Part shown: in pieces, positions 49,473 to 61,285 of the stretch
Position numbering within the stretch: position 1 is the first letter of the stretch
How the letters are laid out: each line of letters starts with the position of its first letter
Assembly (NCBI GenBank): GCA_023213395.1
Contig: CM041465.1
Span: forward strand, 90,899,741 to 90,963,740
Direction of reading: 5' to 3'
Origin: Cycas panzhihuaensis
Taxonomy: Eukaryota > Plantae > Cycadophyta
Length of the DNA stretch: 64,000 nucleotides
Translations under genes and position numbers: made by a program
The notes under the pieces: generated by a model
The model's database searches: none
What the model was told of the DNA's origin: nothing
Seen by the model: only the letters and a program-made list of their open reading frames with translations

Positions 49473-50578
49473 TCATGTCTCTTCATTTGATCTAACATTT
49501 ATGCCAACACCATACATATCGTCAAAATTGAATGAAGGATTATGTGAAGGAGGAGGAGGAGGATGATCATCATTGAGATCAGTTGGCGGTAGAATTGGTG
49601 GTTCTGAGTATAAATTAACAAAAGTTAAATTTTGTGGAGCCAATTCTCCCCTTTTAGGGTTCATGTCCCCAAAATATGAAGGCCTTTGAATGTACTTTTC
49701 TTTGCTTGAGATATAAAGTGAACACGTGTATATATAAACTAAATCTTTAGCCTTCTTTGAGGCCAACTTATTCTTTTTGTTTGGGTAAATAAATCAATAG
49801 GTCTCCCAACTCCTTTCAATCATTGAAGAGCTTGCCAATTGTTAAAGAATATGGATGGCAAGGGCTCAGAGTTGTTTAGCGTTTGATCCATAATAGCCCC
49901 ACCAATTAATAGGATCCATTTTTGCTTTGCCCCTTAATACTTGTCAATTTGCAAAGGAGTCCTTCCCACCAATAGATTGCTGAAATAGATTTCACCATAA
50001 GAGGGCTTCCTCTTCATTTGGATAAATTTTAGTGAGTGTTGCCTTATATCCCATGGCCACTTCTCTGTCCTTATTAGGCACCTTTCATGTTCCATCACTT
50101 TTCATAATATGCTCAATTGTGCAAATGTGTGTCAAATTTGTCTGTTTAGTCAATACACATTTTGTAAATTTCTTTAAAGAAAGATTCATCTTTTCTCTCA
50201 TTTGCAAGGACTTCTTCAATCCTTTCAATTATGTAGTCCATGACTTCATACACCTCTTCCACCCAAGGATGATCCATATCAAGTCTCTAAATCATCACCA
50301 CAATTGGCTTACAAAATCTGAGCAAATACTACACCTATTCCTGCTATGTATCATCAATAATGTAACTTTTAACTTCTTGTACTCTTTCACTGTTTGAAAT
50401 GCTCCATTTAGTCAATGCCTTTGAGAACACTATGGTTCCCACAGCCTCTTAAGCTGCACATAATTGCTTTAGCATGATGAAATGAGTTGCAAACCATGTT
50501 TTTGCAGTCTCCAAGATTTAGTCAAGAATATGTTTTGAAGATTGCATGTGCTTGTTCATGGTTGGTGATAAACGTCTT
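49473..50578 (-). pseudogene. hAT-superfamily transposase, C-terminal remnant
   Basis: NH...HAIF...AKTWFATHF and DPINWWGYYGS...LAI.IL.QLASSS.IERSW...NKLASKKAKDLVYI match the hAT dimerisation domain. Cut at 50578 by copia G. Confidence 0.85.
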
Positions 50579-52643
50579 TATTAAGAAACATGAATGAACT
50601 CATTCATGTTTATATTCGCAGAATCTTTTATCATACACAACAAGCAAACAGGATAAACATAGAAAACAATTGCACAGTACATGGGATTTACGTGGGAAAC
50701 CCTTTCGGGAAAAAACCCACCACAAAGATCTATCGATCAGATTGATTACCACTTAATTGATATGAATATACAAGGGCTCTAGGATATTTATAATATTTCC
50801 AAGAGGTGTCAACCGACAAGGGTTGTCACCCTTCGCATAACTTGCACCATTTCGTTAATCACATTAGTTAAACCACCACAATAACATTAACAAGTGGCTT
50901 AACAAACAACTGCCACGCTAACATCCCCTTTTAATGTGAATGCGGGGAACCTGCAAGTAGTTGAGTTATCTCAAAGGCTATGACTATCCTGCATCTTTAT
51001 CCTTGTTGATACATCCCCCCTCAAGGATGACATTTGTGAGTCTCAATCCGGTACGCATCCTTGTGAATTGATCTTCAGTAAGCACTTTGGTGAAGACATC
51101 TGCAAGTTGATATTCACTCAGACAATAGTCTAACTTGTAGCTTCCCTGACTTGTTCTGTTCACAGATGTAGTGGTGTTGTATCTCAATGTGTTTCATACA
51201 AGCATGAAACTCTGGATTCTTTAACAAGCGAATGCTACTCTGATTATCAACGAAAATAGTCGGATTGCCATTTGAAACTCCAAGAACTTCCAAGAGACTT
51301 TGCAACGATGCATCTTCTTTCACACCAACACAGAGTCCTTGATATTCTACCTTTGTAAAAGATAATACCACTATTTGTTGCTTCTTTGACTGCTACGAAA
51401 CAAATCCATTACCAACATCAAAGATGTATCCAACAGTGGATTTTTGATTGTCAGAGTCTCCTTCCCAATTGACATTAGTGTATCCATACAACTTTATCTC
51501 TCCACCACGAAGGTATTGAAAACCGAGATTGAGTGTCCCCTTCAAGTACTTCAGAATCCACTTCGTTGCAAACCAATGTGGTTCTTGAGGATTCTTCATA
51601 TATCGGAAAATCAATCCAACGGCATAGGCGATATCTGGTTTAGTATGAGTCAAATAGTTTGGACTCCCTACCATCTGATGGTACAATGTTCCATCTATAG
51701 AGGGTTTGGCCATGTCTTTCTGCAGCTTTGTGTCTTTAACACATGGTGTTGCAACTAACTTGCAATCCTGCATCCTAAACTTTTCCAGTAGGTTCTTCAC
51801 ATACTACGTCTGCAACAACATGATTTGATCTTCCATCTGCCTGACTTCAATGCCCAAGAAGTAGTAGAGCAGCCTGAGCTCTGCCATCTCAAAGATAGCT
51901 CCCAAATTGAACTTGACTCTAATAATAATCTTATTATAATTGCCTTCAATGAGTAAATCAACCACATAAAACACAATAACTACTATTGAGGTTCTACTCC
52001 TTTTCACATATAGATTCGGGTCCAGATCTGTAACAACAAATCCTTCTTCCTTTAATTTGGCATCGATCTTCTCATGCCAAGCATGGGATGCTTATTTTAG
52101 GCCATAGAGTGACTTCTTCAATCGGCACACAAGATGCTCCTGCCCTTCCCAAAGGCTGTGACATATAAATCTCCTCCTTTAGATCTCCATTAAGAAATAC
52201 AGACTTAACGTCCATCTGGTGTAACTCCCAACCATATACAACTGCTAAGGAAAGGATCAACGGGATTGTCGTTTTCTTGGAGATTGGTGCAAATGCCTCA
52301 TCATAATTAATTCATTCTTTTTGCTTAAATGAGCAACAAGCTTGGTCTTATACTTGTCCACCTTTCCATTAGAGCGAAACTTTGCCTTATAGATCCACTT
52401 GTACCCAACGAGGTTCTTCTTCGGAGGTAAGGGAACCAAATCCCATGTGGCATTCTTCATAATTGAGCCATACTCCTCCTCCATTGTAGCTCTCCATTGT
52501 GGATCGTCCTTCGCTTTGTCACATGAAACAAGATCATTGGAGTTGTTGGTGTCTACTAACAGAGTTCGATTGGCATGCTGACTTCTTGTTCTTCTGTCAT
52601 CAACAAGGTTTTGCATCGCCACTCCAAAATCCTCTATCATCTT
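50579..52643 (-). mobile_element. Ty1/copia element G, 3' part (3' LTR 50579-50923, RH-RT); same family as E
   Basis: LTR rc begins tgttagcgtggcag, like the E LTR. PPT rc from 50924; RT/RH ORF fragments at 50984-52640. Confidence 0.9.
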
Positions 52644-53911
52644 TGTAGCATCCTAAAATATGGTCAAAACTATACTATGTGACCATTCAAATTGAAGGTC
52701 TTTGAACCAAGATTCCAATGGTTCAGACGAAAGTCAATTTTGATATCTATAACAAAAGTTATGACCGTTTGAAGATTTCAGCTTGCCACTTTTTGGAAAA
52801 GTTCTGGCTGACTTTTAGTCTTGGTTTTGGGCCAGTTTATACCCCTTTTTTGACCGACTTATATTAGTATCTTTGGCTGCCTATTTAAGGAGGATTTGGG
52901 GCCTCATTTGGGCATCTTAGAACAGAGTTTGGACTGTTGTAAATTTGGCCTTAAGGCTGCTATTTACTTGCCCTTAGGGTTGCACTATTTGGAGGGAACC
53001 TCACCTCGAAGAGGGTAGTGATAGTAAGAGCATTTTGGTATCTATATCATTGAGTTTCTAGTCCTTCTCTAAAGATATGAATCGTTGCCCTTGTAAATAG
53101 ATTTTAGTTGTATTTTGGAAGCATTATTTCCCTTGTTCCAACTCTTTTCATCTCCAATCTATGTCAAGATGTTCGACATGTGTGATCGGAGCACTTCATA
53201 CTCCTAATAGAGTTGTTATTTTCAGAAGGATTTTTCTAGGAGATTCCAAGACAAGCAAAGTTGTCGCTTCAGGTGGTATTAGAGCTTCGTTTTGAAGCAG
53301 GAATTCAAAGATAATCTGTAAAAATTGGGCCCAATTTTTCACCCTGCCAGGGATGGAACTGAGATCCAAAAAAAGTCTCGTCTCCAACAAGATGGTGAAC
53401 CACCAATCAATAGTAACAGAAGAAGAAGGAAGCAGGATAGAAGAAGTATTATCCCACTTATCGTTAGAGCTTATCACTTCCATGAAAAGCATCTAGGCTT
53501 CGTTCGAAATTTTAAATAAGAGGTTGGATTTATAGGAGGGAGAGTCATTAGCAAAGAAACACCAAGACATGGAAGAAATCAACGAAGAATTTCCAAATCA
53601 AGATAACTAGGGGAATGAACAACAAAAGAATTTAAGGAGATTCAAGGGTTTGACCTACGAATGACAGAATCAGAAGAGTTTCCAATCAAATTAGGGTCTT
53701 AGGGAACCAAATTTACATTAGAAAAATTTGATCCAAAAGGATCAAGGAACATCTGGAGTTGGTTATCACAAACGGAAACATACTTGCAAGTGTATGAACT
53801 ATTAGATAAGGAAAAGATATCGACAACGTCTCTACATTTGTATGGAAGGGCATTAGAATGGTTTTATTAGTGGCAAAAGAACAATTTGGTCCATCTAAAA
53901 TCATGGGACTA
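52644..53911 (+). mobile_element. Ty3/gypsy element H, 5' part (LTR ~52644-53178, gag remnant ~53560-53911)
   Basis: G coding sequence stops abruptly at tgtagcatcc. Gag-like IWSWLSQTETYL...SLHLYGRALEWF follows. LTR end and PBS are degenerate. Confidence 0.65.
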
Positions 53912-56900
53912 TGTAGCGGAAGTTTTTAACTTAATTTAGAAATAACACAAAAATTCACAGATACTGGTCTAATATAGGCTCAAACAAATCTCCTAAATCT
54001 CAAATAATAATGAATATTGGAAATTCACCATAAAACAGTGAAATAAAGTAATGGAAATAGTATAAATAAAGGTAAATATATTGTCCAAAATAATACTGGA
54101 AAGTACAAAAATGTATAACAAAATATCGTTACTGAATGCTTGTCCTTCGAGGCAGGAATCCTCTAAATATCTCAGGCCAAAAGGCCGAGCCAACTGTAGC
54201 CCTAGAGCCGAAAAGGTAGAAGAGATCCAACCGAAGTGATGATCCAAAATGAGGGCTTTGATCCCTATTTATAATGGTCAATTATTATCCTATTTGAAGT
54301 CGGCCAAAAAACTGGCTTACTGGTCGACTAATATGCCTACACTCATTTCTGGGGTTTAAGTCGACTGACAGACCCTTAAAGAGAGGGTTTTCCTGGAACG
54401 CAACAAGTCCCCCCCTGAAAACAATGCTTTGCCCTCAAAACATTTGTAGCTTTGGAAATTGTTGTATCCATTTGTCTGACTCCCATGGCGCGTCTTCTAT
54501 ATCCAATGTCTGCCATTTTATGAGGTACTCTTTGATTTGTCTTGTTCGAAGTTGCTTGGAGCGGATTTGGAGTATCCCTTCTGGTTCTAGTATAATCTGT
54601 CCTTCTTCATTGAGTTCTGGCAAAGATGTTTGTGGTACTATTTTGTCACCAATCTTTTTCTTCAAGCATGAAACATGGAAAGTATCATGGATCTTGCTTG
54701 TTGTCGGTAACTTAAATTTGTAGGCTACTTCCCCGATTCTGTCAAGTATTTGATATGGTCCAAAATATTGAGGAGCGAGCTTTTGTGTCTTCGTCTTGCT
54801 TAATGACATTTGTTGGTATGGTTGCAACCGAAGAAAAAACCAATCGTCTTTCTGGAAGCTCCTTTCCGATCGCTGCGCATCCGCTTGTTGCTTCATTCTG
54901 TTCCTTGCCATTGCCAAATTGTCCTTAAGAATTCTAATCGTGTCTTCCATTTGCTTTTGGTGTTCTTGGACAAATTTTGAACTCGATGATCCATTCCATG
55001 TCAATAGAGACGGCGGTTGGTATCTGTAAAGAGCCTGGAATGGTGTTATCTTGGTGGAAGAGTGGTATGTTGTATTATACCACCATTCGGCTAAGTGCAA
55101 CCACTTGTGCCACTGATTTTGATTTTATTTGAGAAGAAATTCCTCAAGTAACCTTCCAGACATTTGTTGACTATCTCTGTCTGTCCATCGGTTTGGGGAT
55201 GATATGCTGTGCTCATGTGTAATTTTGTACCTGCAATTCTGAATAAATCCTTCCAAAATTTACTGGTGAACTTTGGGTCCCTATCGTTAACAATAGTTTT
55301 AGAAAACCCATGTAGTCTATGGATTTCTTTCATATATAGTTCTACAACATCACTTACCTTCGCTATTGACTATAGCCCTTGAAAATGACTATACTTCGTT
55401 AATCTATCGACTGTGACAAAGATCGCATCTTTACCCTATGATTTTGAGAGACCTGTAATAAAATCCATTGAAATTTCTTCCCATTTTTGGTTGGGAATTG
55501 GTAGGGGTTGTAGGAGACTTGGGGTCTTTACATATTCTACCTTATTTCGTTGACAAGTATCACATTCTGTCACAAATTTTTGAACATCTGATTTCAAGCC
55601 CTTCTAAAAGTACGATGCTTTTATCTTTTGATATGTCTTGTCTATACCGATGTGGCCTGCTTCTGGGACCAAATGTGCTTCTTGTAGTATAATTTCCTTT
55701 AATTTGGAATTTTTGGGAATACAGATTTTGCCGTTCCTAAGAATCAGATCACCTTTTTGTTGGTATTTATCTGAATTACTTCCCTTGATATGATCTAGGA
55801 GTTTTTGATATCTTGGATCTACCATATATTTAGTTCTGATGGATTTTAACCATGAGGGCATAATTGTTGATATCAACTGTAATGAAGGACCTTCTTTCGT
55901 TTCATCTGGGATTTGTGATAATGCGTCTGCTATAATATTCTCTTTGCCTTTCTTGTATACTATCGTGAAGTCAAAATTCTGCAACTTACCGACCTATTTT
56001 TGTTGCTCATCGGACAATGTCTTCTGTCTAAGGAAGTATTTCAGACTATCATGATCCGTGCGCACCTGAAAGGAATTCCCCAATAGATATTGTCGCCATT
56101 ACTGGATGGCGTGCATGATTGCGAGCATCTCCTTATCATAAATGGGTTTGAGTTTTTCTCTGTTATTTAACTTCTGACTCTCATAAGCTATTGGTCTTTC
56201 ATCTTGGTGTAAGACTGCTCCTATTCCGAATCCCGATGCATCACACTCCAGTACGAACGGTTTCAAAAAATCAGGTGTTGCTAAGATTGGAGTTGTTATC
56301 ATGGCCTTCTTAAGATTACCAAAAGCTTCTTTTGCTTTCAAGTTCCAAGCAAACGCGCCTTTCTTTGTTAAATATGTGAGTGGCGCTGCTAGGTGTGCAT
56401 AACCCTTTATGAACTTCCTAACAAACCCTGTTGTCCCAAGAATCCTTGAACTGTTGTAATATTTGTTGGGGTTGGCCAATTGACAATTGCTTGTATTTTC
56501 TTTGGGTCAATCCTTGTACCTTCTCTAGTTATGATATGGCCTAAGTACTCTAGTTCTTCCTTTGCAAACAAACATTTCTTCTTGTTTGCAAAGAATTGAT
56601 TATCGCGCAAAATTTCGAAAACGATTTTCAGATGTTCTAGATGCTCTTCCCATGTCTTACTATAGATTAAGATATCATCAAAGAAAATTAACACGAATTT
56701 GCATAGCACTTGCCTAAAGATATCGTTCATGGTGCTCTGAAATGTTGTCAGCGCGTTTGTTAATCCAAATGGCATTACCTTAAATTCGAATAGGCCTTCA
56801 TGTGTTCTGAACGTTGTCTTGTAGACGTCTTCTTCTCTTATCCGGATTTAATGATATCCTGAGCGTAAATCAATTTTTGAAAAGTACTTTGCTTCATGAA

Positions 56901-57940
56901 TTTCGTCCAATAGATCGTCAACGCGGGGGATCGGGTACCTATTCTTGACTGTTAATTGATTGAGACCTCGGTAGTCCACACACATTCTATACGAACCCTC
57001 CTTCTTTGAACTGATAACAACTGGGGCTACGAATGGGTTTGTGCTAGTGGTAATGCTCCCTTGGGATAGAAGTTCACTTGGGATTTTTCTCGATCTCTTT
57101 CCGTAAATGATACGAATGTCTATATGGTTGAATGTTGACTGGCGCTGCACCTGGTATAAGTTCAATTGCATGTTGATTTTCTCGAAGAGGCGGTAGTCCT
57201 TTCGGTTCATCGAACACTGTCTTGTATTCTTCGATAATTTGTTGAATTTCTGGTGGAGTATCATCGATTTCAACCTTATAGCATGTCATAATGTATGCTG
57301 ATGGGTTTTTCCTGAGGAGCTTCTGCATTCGGTGTGATGAGACTAGTTGTACTGGTGGCGTTGTCGGTGTCTGCAATCGATACTTATGTCCTCCCTGGCG
57401 AAAGCACATAAATTTGGTCATATAATTAGTGACTATATTACCCAGAGTTTGAAGCCATTGGATTCCCAATACTGCATCCACGCCACCGATTTGCATTGCG
57501 AACATGCATGTGTTTGTGCAATATTCACCCATTTGTAAATTGATTTTTCTACAGAATTCTCCGCATGGTGTTGTTTTCCCATTTGCAATTGACACTTGGA
57601 ATGTATTTATTGGTTTTATTTTAATTCCAAGCTTCTTTGCAGTTGCCCTATTTATATAGTTGTGTGCACTACCACTATCAACTAGAATTGCGATAGGCGC
57701 CCCTTTTATCATCCCTTGGAATCGAAGTGTTTGTGGCATAACACTTTGTCTTGTAATTGCTTGGAGTGATATGTGTACATTTTCTGTATCTAGCTCCAAT
57801 AGTTCGTCTACTTCACCTTCCTCTGGCTTTGCTTCGACTTCTTCATGAATTTCCTCGGGTGCTTCTTCTTCCTTCGATATTGTCGTATCTTCGGTATTGA
57901 TCATATATACCTTCTTGCCAGTGCATTTGTCATGGGTTGC
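53912..57940 (-). mobile_element. Ty3/gypsy chromovirus I, 3' part (3' LTR 53912-54405)
   Basis: LTR tgtagcg...cgcaaca and PPT rc at 54406-54416; interrupts H gag. Confidence 0.9.
54435..57940 (-). pseudogene. pol: pol of chromovirus I (PR-RT-RH-INT-chromodomain)
   Basis: [58 protein letters not shown]...DAPWE. Confidence 0.93.
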
Positions 57941-58533
57941 TGTTACACCAAAAGCCTCGGGGTGATTTGGGAAGAGGACTTCTTTGTGATAGTTAGCGTC
58001 ATGCGCTCCAACACTCCCCCATCACGAGGAGTCAACTATACCTACACGGCAATGCATGTCCACCACAGCGTTTCTCGGCGCCACCTCCAACACTTTCATA
58101 TATCTCCAGGTGCGCTACCGCAGTACACAAGATTGGTTTTGAACCTTGGTCGCTCTATTACCACTTGTTGAGGGAATGGATCTAGGGATCTAGTGCACTA
58201 ACACTACACAATGGTAAATAGTGGAGACAAGCACAATGTACTCAACAAGAGAAATGCTAATAGCTTGAGCTCAAAGAGGAGAAGTGTAGAATATGATCAC
58301 TCTCCATGTAATTTCAGCTTATATAATGAGAATGCTCATTAGGGTTTGGAATTTGAGTTTTCCCTCCCAATGACATTCAAATGAGATTACATGAAATTAC
58401 AATGAAATGAACTTTATGTCATTTCACTTAAGTGACGTAAGCATAGTCACCTTATCCTAAAGTTATAAACATAAAAGTGACTTTATCTATTTCTAATTTT
58501 ATGAAATGACCATGTGACATTAACATCGTCACA
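57941..58533. repeat. Solo LTR J (593 bp) with non-matching flanks
   Basis: tgttac...gtcaca termini. Gypsy I gag stops exactly at its left edge and copia K RT exactly at its right edge. No PBS, PPT or TSD. Confidence 0.75.
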
Positions 58534-60001
58534 ACTCGTGGAGCTTGTTTCAAGCCATGCAAAGCCTTTTTCAGGCGACAAACCATGTGTTCCTTAACTT
58601 GTACTTTGTAACCAGGAGGTTGCTCCAAATATACCTCCTCTTGAAGATCGCCATTGAGAAAGGCGCTCTTCACGTCCATCTAATAAGCTAGCCATTTGCA
58701 TTGAGCAACTAAGGCCAAGATGAGTCTGATGGTGTTTATATTGGCAATAGGTGCAAAGGTCTCTTCATAATCAATGCCTTCCTTTTGTTTGAAGCCTTTT
58801 GCAACAAGTTAGGCCTTTTGGTGCTTAAGTGTAACATCAGAATGGAATTTGGTGTTGAAGACCCATTTGCAACTGATTGTCTGTTTGTGCTTAGACAATT
58901 CTACCAAATCCCATGTCCCATTCTTTTCAATAGAATGGATTTCTTCATCCATGGCAGCTTTCCAATTTTCATTTTTAGATGCCTCCTCAAAGGTGGAAGG
59001 CTCATCAACACAAAGCACTTCAGCCATAAGTGCGTAATTGGTTTGCTGCCTATATTTTGATGGATGTTTTCCTTCAACAATCTGGCCGTCCTGAACAGTC
59101 TGAGTATACCATTTAGGCAATTTTTTTACTGATGTTATTTGAACCTCAATGTCTTCTGGTCTGAGTGTTTGATCAATAGAAGATGTGCTAGGATCAAGTG
59201 GAGTAGAATCTGATGATGTGGATGGTCCAGCTGGTGTAGATGATATACATTGTGTGGAAGATTGAAAGGGAAGGAAAGCCTCAACAATCTTGTTGCCTTT
59301 ATTAAGAGGAGGTTGGATGGATGCAGATTCCAACTCCTTATGTTCATCTTCAACAAAGATTACATCTCTTGAGAGATGCATTTTCTTTCCAATAGGATCA
59401 TACAACTTGTAAGCTTTGTTATGAGTGGCATAGCCTACAAAAATGCATTTTAGACTATGTTTGTTTAAATTAGATCTTTGCTGATCGGGGATGTGCATGT
59501 ATATAATGTACCAAAATGTTCTTAAAAATGACTGACGATAGGCTTTTTACTAGACCAAGCTTCTTCTGGTGAGATGTCGATGACTACTGAAGTAGGACTC
59601 CAATTTGCCACATAAGTAGCTGTGTGGAATGTTTCTGCCCAATATGCTCACGTGAGTCCTTTTGCATGCATCATAGCTTTGGCTTTGTTTGCCAAAGTTA
59701 TATTCATTCGTTCAGAGACTCTGTTTTGTTGAGGAGTATGTGGAATAGTGAGTTGTCTTCGAATGTTGTTATTCTTACAGAATGGAGTGATTTCTTTTTA
59801 AGTGAATTCACCTCCATTATCTGACCTTAGAATTTTGAGTGAATAGCCAGATTCATTTTCTACTTCAAGCTTGAATTCCTTAAACTTTTGGAATGCTTCT
59901 GACTTTTGTTTGATGAAGTAAACCCAAATTTTGTGAGAGAAATCATCTATGAAGGAGATGTAGTACAATGCTCCTACAAAAGATGTTCTGGACACACGCC
60001 T
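58534..60001 (-). mobile_element. Ty1/copia fragment K (INT-RT), same family as B
   Basis: Colinear and highly similar to ~24300-25765 ([42 protein letters not shown]). Confidence 0.93.
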
Positions 60002-61098
60002 TGTTAGGGATCCAACCCCTAACTTACCTTCTCTTATATTCTCTTATATCTTGTACTTCTTCTCTCTTTTATATCTTTATTTCTTCTACTTCTTCCCTTT
60101 TCTTAATATCCCACATGCATAAGTAGAAGGTTGTGTAGTGGTCATTGAGTACTATATATATTCATGTAATATCCCACATGCATAAGGAGGAGGTTGAGTA
60201 GTGAGCATAGAGCCATATATATATTTTATGTAATCCTTATAATATGGCATTTTAAATATCATTGTTATTTGCATGTAATTGGGAGGTTGCCCCCTCGAAG
60301 GGTATTGCAATACAAATGCTCTTTTGGAGTTATTTGCTTATTATATTGGTGTGCAATTATCATTAAGGAGTGGTATCCTAACAAGTGGTATCAGAGCGGT
60401 CGATCCATTCCTTGTGGGAGAGTCAAGGTACTAAATAATCAATTTTTTTTCCCATCATTTTTTTCTTATTAGTACCTATTCTCATTTGATTTCCATTTAG
60501 TTACTTTGCTTTCTGGGGGTAGATAACACTGCAATCGGGCAGTTCTCTTTTGCATTTAGATAGAGACCCTGTGCCGGGGGTCTATAAATATCACGAGGAT
60601 CTGTCGTTTTGGGCTAAGCGCATTGTGGCTTTTCCGTCCCTTGCGTGAAGGACTGGAGATCACACTCCTGAATCAAGCCTTAGACAGAACTCGGCTACGG
60701 AATTGTGCCTCCACGCACTGTGGGTATATAGGAGGACCCCCTAGATAGGCCTTCCTAGTATAGGTAACCATAGGAAACCTATTGACTGCCTGCAATTTGT
60801 AGTGCACTGGTAAGCGGTTAGCCCCGGGAAGTTACTCTCCACGTACCCTAGAGACGGGGTAGTACAACTACGAAGTAGAGCGTTTGCCTCTGTAAGTTGA
60901 TACTATTTACATCTGGGATAAGTATATCGGAGGGCCTACAAACCAGACAAACCCATACCTAGTGTACCTGGTCAGTCTATTAGTGGGTTGTGCGCACTTA
61001 GTCGGTCAGTGAGTCAGTCATCATCTATTTGTTAAATCGAGTGTGTCTAGCTAGTTTGTCATCAGTTCATACGCATATAGTCTGTCAGCCAACCAGTG

Positions 61099-61176
61099 TC
61101 CAAAAAAGCAAAAAGCAAAAAACAAAAAAGCAAAAAGCAAAAAGCAAAAAAGCAAAAAAGCAAAAAAGCAGAAAAA
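61099..61176 (+). repeat. (CAAAAAG)n-type A-rich tandem repeat in the L leader
   Basis: Directly visible. Confidence 0.9.
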
Positions 61177-61285
61177 TCCATATTGCCTCATTGTAAAATA
61201 TTGGGGATAACAGTCTATAGACACCCCGTTAAATCCTTTTCAGTCACGTTTACCAACCAGGATTCAACTTAGGTTTTGTGGACTA

